Positions 25,401 through 38,100 of a stretch of 64,000 nt of DNA are shown here, piece after piece. Source of the stretch: Bugula neritina (lineage: Eukaryota > Animalia > Bryozoa); contig OZ037772.1 in the NCBI GenBank assembly GCA_964035545.1, positions 9,479,150-9,543,149 of the forward strand. Direction: 5' to 3'. Both the position numbers and the translations under genes were made by a program. Below the pieces are notes generated by a model, which did not search any database, was not told where the DNA came from, and worked only from the letters and a program-made list of their open reading frames with translations. Numbering within the stretch: the first letter of the stretch is position 1; every line of letters starts with the position of its first letter.

Positions 25401-25769
25401 TAAGTGTAATTAATTACATTGCCGTGTAATTGAAAAATGTTGTAATTAATTACATTACTTTTAACTGTGAAGTTTATAAATGTAATTGACAAATTTTTAT
25501 TTAATTGTAATTGTAAATAATTACATTCACATGCAATTAACCTTAACCGTGAATTACTGACACATGTCTATATAATGTTCGAAAAAAATAGAGCATGTGA
25601 TGGTAAAGCTTATAGCAACTTTTAATACAAAAATATTATAAATTACTACTTCACTTCTAGGATTTACTTCAAAACAACATAAGTTTTATGTTACAGTGAG
25701 ACACATGCACTCACTTTAAACAATAATTACTAAAACATGTCTACACTTACTTGAAATCTCATCTGCCAT
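22455..25769 (-). CDS. Zinc-finger gene paralogue 7 (mosaic long exon)
   Basis: Predicted exons 25751-25769 (MADEIS), 24878-24970, 23127-24251, 22455-22648; ends NARYKPY*. Confidence 0.8.
22740..22950. repeat. (CCCA/CCTA)n then (CA/CG)n microsatellite
   Basis: Seen directly; it explains the spurious C/V/A/R ORFs at 22721-23089. Confidence 0.9.
24645..24855 (+). mobile_element. tRNA-derived SINE, family 1, in intron 2 of paralogue 7
   Basis: TGGTCTAGGGG A box, GGTTCAAACC B box and conserved core. Absent at the homologous site (TGACAGTGTAAATTTAG) of the other paralogues. Confidence 0.85.
25045..25551. mobile_element. Putative non-autonomous DNA transposon (MITE) with TGTAATT/AATTACA-rich arms
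   Basis: Imperfect TIRs CAGGATTGGGTTAATTG / CAATTAACCTTAACCGTG. Flanks ATATACTGAC and AATTACTGAC look like a TSD. Absent from intron 1 of the other paralogues. Confidence 0.55.
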
Positions 25770-26549
25770 TATTATCAATTTAATAGTAAATTCAAGTAAT
25801 AAACTCCTTGTCTGCAATATACGTGACTATTTCTAGGCTCCAAATGCATGAGTGCAGCTTTCCAGTCAACGGTGTGTGTAATTTAGCAAGAAAAGCTATT
25901 TTTAAAATCTATGCATAGCCAGCTTCTATCAGAATGTTGGTGCAAGTTTGAATGCTTCTTTTTAATAACTTAAAACTCATAAATAATTCAAGATTTGAAA
26001 GAAAATATTGCTTTAACATGGCTTGCGCATCTATTTTTAAAAGTTTGCAGTTAAAATGGCAAAGTTATAATGATGACATAATAAACACTTCTGATTTGAT
26101 GGGTTTTACATATTGGTCTATTATAAACTAGATATGAACTAATTGCGTTATATATAATTATTAGGCATTGTATCTTGCCATTATAAACTTGATTCTCAAC
26201 TGCATTGTATACATTAATTTACAGGTTGCTAAAACATTAGTGCTACTGCCTTTTAAACTATTTTATCGCTTTTCATAAGATTTCAACTGACACAACTTTA
26301 GTGAGGTGTCAGCCTACTGTATAACCAAAGATACAGGAAAACAAAGTGATCTATTGTAGCCATTTAACAACTGATGGTTACAGATGGATGGCCAAATATA
26401 TTATTATATACAATAAAACCTGGGAAAGATACTTTTTAATTAATTTGTTTAATTATAATTCTCCATACTTTCCCTATAGAATGAATACATCCCTTTAAGT
26501 TGCATGGGGTAGACAGAAAAAAACAGTAGCTTCAGTATTCAAATAAAGC

Positions 26550-26555
26550 TTTATT
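26550..26555 (-). terminator. Candidate polyadenylation signal (AATAAA) of hemicentin
   Basis: AATAAA on the minus strand about 190 nt after the stop; a second one at 26622-26627. Confidence 0.45.
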
Positions 26556-26746
26556 TTCATCGTATATAGGTACACAAGGCAATTCAATAAAACATGACAA
26601 ATGCATTACATAATATATATATTTATTGGCAGCACCAAAAAGTCTAAAACCTGATGAACAAAAATTGAGAAATGGCACAAATCATGAGTCATGCTATAAT
26701 TAGTTAGAGGATGAGAGTATTGTTTGTTGTCATGGCGACAAGAGAG

Positions 26747-29165
26747 TTAGAAAGGAAACTCGGACACACTGATGTATATAATAAAGGTTGTTTGATATTG
26801 TAGAGTGGAAAGTCGGTTGTCATAGGATGATGCTCTCACTTTGACTCTGTACGTTGTGTCTGCCTGCAGAGAGGTGATGGAGGAGACTATTCCTCGACCT
26901 GAAAATTATAATTCACACAAATCAATTTCGAAAGGAGTGTAAACTCAGTCTCACTTCTAATCATTATCAACAGCCATGTTTAAACACAACTCTAACTAAA
27001 ACAACTGCAGGAATGTCATTCTTAGCCTAGTTGGAAGGGACTAGAACGTACATGTTCAACATCCCAAATGCCACTTTTTTTATAGAAAACAGACTATTGC
27101 AATAATTCACTATTCCAGGGTTAAAACTGGATTTAAAGTCGTGAAAATTCTATAACAATCAGGTCATCTGGGTTTAAACAAGTAAGTACTGTACAAGAAT
27201 TGGGTTAAGTATGTTAAAACATGGTCAGTATCGTATAAGAAATAGGTCAATTGTGCTTAAACATAGCTAGAATGATTTTAAAATTAGGTCAAATAGGGTA
27301 AACCATGGAAACAATTGTATAAGCATTAGGTCAACTACTCACCACTCTCAACTCGAATCTCAAAACTGTTCAAATCATTCTCAGAGATGATGAACTCAGT
27401 GTTGATCAACTGATTGTGGTTTTGGTTATATGCAGTCAGTCGTAGAAGGTCCTGGAAAAACAATTCATAACATAACAGTGCATGGATCCTTCCGTATTAC
27501 ATAGAACAGTGAGCTAATACCATATTAAATATGCAGCAACATAAACACACAGATGTGCGCATGTGCAACAAAATAATGTTAAAAGTTTTCCTTTCTTTTG
27601 ATTTTGTGGCTTTCATACTAATAAAAATATAAAATATACTGATTTACTGTTTATTCTCGATTTCAGAGTTCAAAATATACCAAAAGACATGAAATGTGAT
27701 AAAAAGTGATAATGCAAACATTGTTGAGCTCCAGAGAGTGTAAGAAACTAGTAAATCTAAGTAGTGAAGCTCTATTAGTACTAGTAAATAATAAAACTAT
27801 CAAATTTCAAAGAGATAGAGTTTTACTAGTAGAATGAAATTAGTGCATCAAAGTTATTAAGTTCTACTTCTACTTTTCAGAGAAAGGGTCACAGAAAGAG
27901 CATATTTCATAGCAAGGGCTACATTGTAAACTTCAACTTCAGCTGGGTGCCATGGTATTAGTTTTTTCAAGTTACTTTAATCCAGATTCCTGTGAATCAT
28001 TGCACAATGAAGTACCAATAAGTACTGCAGGCTGCATGCTTGTAGCATATATAAAAATAATACATTTAAAAAGTGGTTTTACACTCTAATTAGTATGTAT
28101 GCGCAAAATAATATTCTTTTGCTATGCTGTGGAAGGCCAAATGAATGCAGCCTGGCGCACACCTGGGGCCACCAGTTGGACAGCTCTGTACTACTAGAAT
28201 TAAACTATCAAATTTCCAAGAGAAGAATTCTACTAGTATGGAATGAAATTAGTATGTTCCGGTAATAGAAAACTACTTATAGTAACTAGTAACTAGTAGA
28301 ATGTATAACTAGTAACTAGTAGAAGGTATAACTAGTAACTAGTAGAAGGTATAACTAGTAACTAGTAGAAGGTATAACTAGTAACTAGTAGAAGGTATAA
28401 CTAGTAACTAGTAGAAGGTATAACTAGTAACTAGTAGAAGGTATAACTAGTAACTAGTAGAAGGTATAACTAGTAACTAGTAGAAGGTATAACTAGTAAC
28501 TAGTAGAAGGTATAACTAGTAACTAGTAGAAGGTATAACTAGTAACTAGTAGAAGGTATAACTAGTAACTAGTAGAAGGTATAACTAGTAACTAGTAGAA
28601 GGTATAACTAGTAACTAGTAGAAGGTATAACTAGTAACTAGTAGAAGGTATAACTAGTAACTAGTAGAAGGTATAACTAGTAACTAGTAGAAGGTATAAC
28701 TAGTAACTAGTAGAAGGTATAACTAGTAACTAGTAGAAGGTATAACTAGTAACTAGTAGAAGGTATAACTAGTAACTAGTAGAAGGTATAACTAGTAACT
28801 AGTAGAAGGTATAACTAGTAACTAGTAGAAGGTATAACTAGTAACTAGTAGAAGGTATAACTAGTAACTAGTAGAAGGTATAACTAGTAACTAGTAGAAG
28901 GTATAACTAGTAACTAGTAGAAGGTATAACTAGTAACTAGTAGAAGGTATAACTAGTAACTAGTAGAAGGTATAACTAGTAACTAGTAGAAGGTATAACT
29001 AGTAACTAGTAGAAGGTATAACTAGTAACTAGTAGAAGATATAACCGTACCTGATACGCTGGAATGCCGGATGGTATAGCAAGAGTGTGGTACTCAATGA
29101 CATCTACAAACATGCCACTGAGACATGGCAAATCTGGTCTCTTACCACATGGAAGGGCACATCCA
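26747..29165 (-). CDS. HMCN1: Hemicentin fibulin-type C-terminal domain exons
   Basis: Exons 29051-29165, 27343-27451 and 26747-26898 (GCALPCG...DLLRLTAY...GRGIVSS...[12 protein letters not shown]). Confidence 0.9.
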
Positions 29166-32100
29166 CTGTAAAGAGATCAATGCAGAAGGTCAAGGTCAAT
29201 TATTATAATAAAACATGATTAAAATTACTACAGAACAAAAAATTTATTTTCCTCCAGTATTGTATTTAAATACAATATTATAAGGAGCAGCCGTGGTGCA
29301 GGGGTTAGAGCTGTAGGGGTTAGAGCGTTTGCCTAGTAAACATGAGGTCATGGGTTCAAACCTCGACAAAGGCCATTGGTAATGTTAGGAAGAGCATTCA
29401 GTCATGATTGCTCCTGTGTCTCATCTGAATAATTCCTTAGCCTGCTTTAACAAAAACGCCTTTCTACCAGGGGTTTCTCACAGGGACGGTGACTATGAAC
29501 TTGGGTGGGTTTTTAATTGGTATATTACATGTTTAGGTGTTCAGATGAAATAAAGATTTTATTCTCAAAATTTAGTAGAGTAACTAACCCAGAGTCGAGT
29601 CTTATATAGTCGGTGGGGCACGACACGTCTATACACTGATATGTCCCTCTCTGGTTGAAACATCTTTCTCCTGCACCACACTGTATATTCAGTTCAGTGC
29701 ACTCATCTCGATCTAAATATAGAACAGGGCTAAATATAGAACAGTGCTAAATATAGAAGAGGTCTAAATATAGAACAGGGCTAAGTATAGAACAGGGCTA
29801 ATTATAAAACTGGGGTAAATATAGAACAGTGCTAAATATAGAACAGTGCTAAATATAGAACAGGGCTAAACATAGAATTGATCTAAATATAGAACAGGGC
29901 TAAATATAAAGCTGGTCTAAATATAGAACAGTGCTAAATATAGAGCAAGGCTAAACATAGAACTAATTTAAATATATAACAACTATCTATATAGAACTCA
30001 GTTCAAATTTAGTTTGAATACAAATTTATATAAGTAGTCTAATTATAAAACTTGTATAAATATATATATATGATATAAATATGTAATAAATCTAAATAAA
30101 AAACCATCTTAAGCTTAAATGAATAACTAGTATAAATTATATAGAACTAGGCTAAATAAAGAAAAGGTGAAAATAAAAAAAAAATAATTCAATATTATAT
30201 TATAATATTATAATATAATTATAATATTATATATATAAGTTTATCAAGCAGATGCATTTAGTGTGATGTATACTATACTATACTGCACTAAACTACACTA
30301 CACTATATAGTATGATAATATATTACGCAGAGTGAACAACACAAAGTCTATGTAGATAGTAAACAGTAAACTAACCGATGCAAGCCCTGCCACTGCTGTG
30401 TAAACTAAAGCCTCGAGGACATGTGCACTGATAACTCCCTTCTGTGTTTCTACACTGGTACTGGCATAGTCCGGGGTGAGCACACTCATTGTAATCTGGG
30501 AAATACACAATAGGCAACACAATTTATACATTCTAAACTAGCATCGATATTAATGCTTAATGTTAAAATCTTGCTGAGATCACATCTGGAAGAAAGACTA
30601 AGTTCTACACTTACCTAAGCAAGGTCGACCCGGGCCGTCGACTCTATAGCCCCGCCTACATGTGCAGGTGTAGGTGCCATTCATGTTGTTACAGATCTGA
30701 TTATAGCTGCACATGTGTGTCCCCCGGGCACACTCATCCTGATCTGGAATAGTGGAGAACTTAAGCTATTAGTTGCTAAACTAAGTACCACAGGCTAAAT
30801 GTTACGACTTAACTTGCTGCAATTCATGACATTAAATAAATTACTAAAATACAACATTACTTTTCCAAACAACTATTTAATATATTATTTTACCAAACCT
30901 TGAAGTTTTATTCAGGAAAGAATTAATAAATTTTGATGTTCCCCCTATAAAGCACTTGTTGCTTAATGCGATGTCACAGAATCACTTGCAAGCACCTGCC
31001 ATCAGGTGGCACATGACACAATTGACTCACCGACACAGGTGCCATCAGCTGTCATGTCTAGGCCTTGAGGACATTTCTTCTGACACTCAAACTTTCCATC
31101 CTGTGGAGGTAAATCTATACAGAGTTCATCTGTGCCACAGTCGTGCTTACCTTCTATGCATTCATCTATATCTAGAATAAGTATATAGTGACACTTAGAG
31201 ACATCTTTGTGTAACATCCATAAGTTTCTAGTTGACAAGTAAAACCTTAACATTGGAGAGAAAAGAAGATGATGTGTTGATGCACATGGCACAAGCAATC
31301 AGTTTTAATTTACAATATATATACAGATATTATATACAGATATTATATACAGATATTATATACATATAATATATACATATATTATATACATATAATATAT
31401 ACATATATTATATACATATAATATATACATATATTATATACACATATTATATACATATATTATATACAGATATTATATACATATAATATATACATATATT
31501 ATATACAGGTATTATATACAGATATTATATATATATTATATACAGATATTATATATATATATATATACATATATTATATACATATAATATATACATATAT
31601 TATATACACATATTATATACATATATTATATACAGATATTATATACATATAATATATACATATATTATATACAGGTATTATATACAGATATTATATATAT
31701 ATTATATACAGATATTATATATATATTATATACAGATATTATATACAGATATTATATACAGATAGTGTGTGTGCGTGTGTGTGTGTTAACACATTACAGC
31801 ACTACTAACTTACTTTCACAGCTGCCTCCAGCAGCTAGTCTGGATCCGTCAGGACAGACACACCTGTAACCACCTGCAGTGTTGATACACTCGTGTGAAC
31901 AGGGAGTAGACGGTCTCAGACATTCATTGATGTCAACGCACCGAGATCTGAAATAGGAGATGTGTTTAGCTGTAGAGATTCAGGTTACTCAAGCGATTCA
32001 ACATCCAACAAAACCTTTATGACTTGTTTACATAATAAATAGATTTAAACTTGAATTGATATTTAAAAAAGTAGTATATTTTCAAAAGGTAACACATCAA

Positions 32101-35100
32101 GAAAACAACCATTCATACAATAATTGATTTGATAATTGATATTGAGAAATGATCAGAAGCATTTCTTTGAACTAGTGAGACCAAATATTGAATCATAAGT
32201 TATATTTGAAGCAATCAATCACAACATTTTTCAACACTCGACACTCTTTAGCACAGCAACACACACTCTTCAGTAAAAAACAATACTATAATATTCGTTC
32301 CAGCTGTAGAAATATCTCACCTGCCGTAGAGCCGGAAACCGAATCTACATTTACACTGATAACTGCCGGGCATGTTGATACACGTCTGCTCGCAGGGCGA
32401 TTCAGATGACGCGGTGCACTCATTGATATCTAGAGGTATAGTAGAATAGATATCATTGTAATTACACATAGCTGACAATGTGACTAGACTAGAGCTAGAA
32501 ATTTTAAGAACTTAGAAAATCAAGGTGAATGACACAGGCCATTTCTTTTAGCTTTAACAAGAAGTTTACCTCAAACTCTTATAAAAGAAAGTAAAAAAAT
32601 ATTTTGATTTACCAGAGATTGTATATAACAAACATGAGTGGTTACCCAGTATGTAAAATTTAATCAAGGAAAAAAATCACTAAAAAAGTTGTATATTGGT
32701 TAAAACTGAAATAAAAAAAAAATTAATGCAATAACCAAGAGAAATTCTTTGAAAACAGAACTAGGTTTCTAGGGAATAAATTCCAACACAAAACTGTTAG
32801 TTAGAATAAATAAACAAGCGCCAAGCAAAGAGAATTGAATTACAGACCTATGCAGGTGAGGCCGTCCTCAGTTCTCTGGAATCCATCAGCACATTTTGCT
32901 ACGCACTTGTAGCTCCCCTCCATGTTGATACACTCCTGTGATCTGTGACATCGGGCTAGCCCCATTGTGCACTCATCAACATCTGATAGAGAGAAATGTT
33001 CAGTGGTTCAGACAAAAGGCTAATAAACAATTAGCTGCATATCTGATAATTCAATGATTAGTGAGTTAGACAAATAATTTAGAAATTGAGATGATTAATT
33101 GCTCAGATTACTAACCTACACAAAATATAGATTAATTTTTTTTGAATGCATTTTGCCACCTGTTGATGTGGTAATTAGGTATTATAGCGTAAAGGTAACC
33201 AAATGTTACTAGCAGAATGTTAAAAAATAATTTGCAACATCAAAAAAAATTCCTAAAGTATTATTTCATCTCAATTATTGCTTTTAGAAGAACATTTTGT
33301 CTTCCTCAAATGCTAAAGTTGGTTAGCATGTCTGTATATTCATGTTGATTAGATTAAGTGAATCTCAATTTTCCTCATATTGAAAATGTTTAGTTTGTGT
33401 TTGGTCTGACATACCTTGGCATGTTTTAGCATCTGAGTTGAGAGCAAAACCAGCCGGGCAGGAGCATTGATAGCCACCCGCAGTGTTGGTACACTGGTGA
33501 GAGCAGGGGCTAAGTCTAGAGCATTCGTCTGTATCTGTTGAAAAAATAACCGCTCAAGTAATCACATGAGTTTAGAGTCACTCTTTCTGTGAAAACCACT
33601 GATAGAGGGGTTTTTTAAAACTTATTTATATGTGACAAAGGAGAAATTATGACTGAAAGCTCTTCCTAACATCACCAATGGCCTTTATTGAAGATCAAAT
33701 CATTGCTCCGATAAGTACACATACGACTATATGTGAAAAATTTAAATGCGACTGATATCTTTTAAATAAACTGAATTGTTTTAGAAGATATTCATAGACT
33801 GAGCTCACCTTGACAATATGGCCCTGAGGGGTCATAGAGGAACCCCCTGGGACACTGATCAGACGGCTGGCCTGGCCCAATGTGTACTTCCATACCAAAC
33901 GACAAACTCTGAAACAAAATATATCTCATTGAAGACAGAAACATTCCTAACTTTCCTAAAAAAAATACTTTAAGGCACACTGTGAACACAAGGCTATACT
34001 TGCGTTGGTAAAAAAACAAATGCATAGAGAAAACTGGCCTTGAACAATTATGTTATGAGTAACTAGTACTCCAAGTGTTCCCCTTTATGAGGTATATACT
34101 GTTAGAGTGGCTAAATGTATTTACACCAGTTAATATGGTGTTGGTTTCAAATTGACTGGTCAATACTAGCATTCATATATATGTTTTCACACATTAGAAA
34201 ATAGCCACAAGATAATATATTCATTATAACACTAAATGTAATAGTAAATCCCGTCATATAAGTAGAGTTCATCTAATAAGACGCATGGTACTACTCAATC
34301 AACAAATAGAAAGCAAGATACTATTCGATCAACCAATAGAAGGCAAGATATTACTCAATTAACCAATAGAATACCTGATCAGAGACGATGTATTCAGCAG
34401 ATGGCAGGCCAACAACTAGCCTCTGGACCAGGAAAGGCATTCTACCATACGCCTCAGCATCATAAGAGATAGTGTGATTCCATGCGTATGGTAGACGATG
34501 TCCATTAATCTTGAACATCCTTGAGCTAAATGCAAATATCTTACCTGTAAAACACAAATGCCTGTTTAATCTTGGTGAATTACGTGAATCTTCCAGTTGA
34601 AGTTCAATTATCAATTTTTGGAATCGCTTCAAACTTGTATACGATAATATTCGAGTTAAGAGAGTATGTAACATGATGCAATACTTCTGCCAACAGGAAA
34701 TCAAATTTCAGAGTTTCAACTTGCAAGCCAGCATGCTAACAACTACTCTATGAAAGCTAATAGAGAATCTTAACAATACATTACAACACCTGAGTTTAGA
34801 AAATCTGAAACCAATTTATTTAAAGTTACAAAAAAATATGGCGCATGTAAAACTCAGACTCATAGAGTTAAATCTATATATTTAGAATGTTTGAACAAGC
34901 TTTACCCGGCCCGGTCTGAATGTAGTCTTCAGTATATGGTTCTAAGGATATTTCTGCATTAGCAGGGAACTCTGGGATGTTTCCTCTCACAGCGATATCA
35001 GCCTGCAGGATGCCATCTTTGTCGATTCCACGAGATATATGAGTCAGTTGGACAATTTCGCCTGAAAACAATTAAGAAAAAACTGATTCAACACAAATAT

Positions 35101-38100
35101 GAAATAGAATTAAATTCTGCACCAGAAAAAAAAAATAATAGTTTAAAAATCCGCAGCTATATCACTGCAGCCAGTCAATTCGCACAAATATTTAAAATTA
35201 TTATATTTAAATCAAAAAACAGAATAAATCTAATGATGGCCGTGCAAAGAACTGCTAAACCAAAATCAATATCTGGCTAGTAAAAGATGGACAACTCCAC
35301 TACCTGTAGGGAATTCCACATGACTCTCTCTTTCAAATTTCCCGTCTGCTAACGTATAACCATTGTGAGCTCCGCCCACCTCGTGAGCAGCTGTCCAATA
35401 GAAAGCTGACAGCAGTGAGCTTAACAACCGCATTCTGTCTCCTGAATAGAACATCAAATTGTGTGAAAGCATAAATAAAAACCTTATTTTAATAAAAAAA
35501 AACATTCAGCTGCATCATAATTTCTTACGCTGCATATAAAGCAATTCAGCTGTAGCAAAAAGAATATCATTCAAATTGCGTTGGAATGTAGATTGCAATC
35601 TTTATGAAAAATATGTGTTTTTGCATAATCTTTTTTCTTGAAACAGCTTCGCCATATTTCTTTGTCTCGTCACAAGGTGCTAAAACTACTAAAGCTTCGT
35701 GTACCCGTAGAGACAAGAGCAGAAATGTTTTCCAAACAGTACCAAAAACATGTAGCAGGCTGTAGATAACCAGCTTTTACTTAATTAGAAGTTGAGGGTA
35801 GACTGACCTAGATACCTCTGGGTTGTCAGGGTTTTGATACGGTTCACCTACACTGGTGTATGATTTACCTACACTGGTATATGATTCACCTATGCTGGGA
35901 TATGACTCACCTATGCTGGGAAAAGATTCACATATGCTGGGATATGACTCACCTATGCTGGGATTGAGAGTAGAAATATCAGCCATCACAATAGCAGACT
36001 GGTCACCAGGGAGAGCGTGGTTGATGAGTACGTCTACCAGAGCTATGGGATTGATCTCTATACCATTGATCTCTCCAACTAAGTGACCCGATCCTATAGT
36101 TGGGGGTGGAGCTACGGAAAAAGTAACCAATTATATGATAGCAATGCAAAATATGTTGAGGGTGTTCAGAATACACTATTGAATAGATTGCCGAATTTCA
36201 AAATCTATAAGGACATTATCTGTTAAAAAATTTTTTCATGAGTACACGGGTTTGAATCTTGGTCATGTGATAAAGAAGCTTCTGATAAAACCGCTGAGTG
36301 TCATAGCAACAACCTCAAACCATGTTGTCAGTTTGGTGAGAGACGTAGTCTAAGGGTGCTTGTAGAACTCACACTATTATGAGTTCTCAAAGAGCATATT
36401 AACAAAACTTAAGTTTATGTTCTTATAACAAGAGATAATGTTTTTTAAGTCATACTTAAATGAATATTCCACCAATTATATTTTACATCATCCTTATTTC
36501 TAGTATTCATTGAATAATTGTTATTTTCATATACCTGTCTGTGTATAGCTGAATTATTCCTGATATGAACCTAATTATTACTTTATCAACACACTTTAAC
36601 CTGTGATAAGATGTTACTCCCAGATGTAAAGCATCAATTTCACTCACTCAAGAGAAAATTTGATTGATAAACATGTCAGCCTTTTGTTTAGACAACAATA
36701 GTAATATGTAAATAAATTATTATACATATATTACATCATTATATTTGTGGTAAGTATAGGTCTATGACTGAATAAGCTTCACACTCTAACACACTGGTAC
36801 AACAGTAGAATCACCAACAAAGTCATGTTTGGAAATTTCAGAAGAAAAAAGCTCCAACAATTCCACTCTTGTGTTTTCCATACCACCATTTCTGATTGAG
36901 CTAAATGAGAACATAAGAAGGAGAAAGACACACCTCTGCATTCACTGAGTTGACAGTCCTCCATCTCCTGACTGTCACCATCACACTGCTGACTACTGAA
37001 GGCAGGTTGTAGACAGGTTCTCTCTCTCCCTCTCCTCCCTCGGCCACATGTGACAGAGCATGACGACCAGTTCTCCCAGCTGGTCCATATTCCCTCTGTA
37101 TAACATGCAGTTTCTCTTTATCATACTGGAGTAGAGTTTCACTTTGATGCGTTATATTATACCAGCATCCACAAGGAGTTTCACTTTAGTATATCATATA
37201 GTAGCATATAAGATAAGTTTCACAATAATATATTGCATAGTAGACCCAGAGGGCAGACTCACTATATCGTGATATATACTCATTTTTAAGAACAATTTCA
37301 CTTTAGTGTAATACTACATATATAGCAGAATTCTCTTTCATGGAGCAACAGTTGAGAAAGTCTCTGAAGCTGAAGAATGGTGGTCGACTCTTACACAAAT
37401 TGTTGCTAGCAGAGTACTCCCGCCGTATCTCACTAAGCTGCGGTCTCAAAACCTCAATTTGTGACATAGTATAATATAATACCAGATTTATTTCCGTTAA
37501 ATTTGACCATTTTGCCTATATATATAAGCATCAAAATGAGGACCCAAGTCAATCTCGTGGAAATTTGTGAGAAATGGAACTTTGAAATGATATTAAAACA
37601 TTTCCCCACAACTTCAGACTGGATATATAAAACACAATATTTGCAACATATAAAACCACAGACAATAGTGAATACTAAAACTACCCCATGCATGATATAA
37701 ACACTAACCTGGACAGGGTTCCACATTACACTCCCCTGTCTCCTGATTAGTTCCCATACAAGCTCTGCCTCCCAGACGAGGCGTGGGTGAGTCACATGAC
37801 CGGAATCTTTTGCGCTGGCCGCCATTACAGGGTAGTGTACATGTTCCCCAATCTTTCCACGTAGACCATGCTCCGTGTACTACAAGACCACACACACAGG
37901 AAATAAATATTGTGTATTGGCAACTATACAAGGGAATGGAGGTACAATGATTTACAGTAACACAGTATATCAACTAAGATATCATACTATATAATATATT
38001 AACTAAGATATCATATTATAAAATATATCAATAAACCTATTATGTAATACAATATAATAATAAAAATATATTATATCGAATTATGACACAGCAATAAGTG

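Noticed and set aside
28283-29045. CRISPR-like array
   Set aside because: Contiguous tandem units with no unique spacers, inside a eukaryotic intron.
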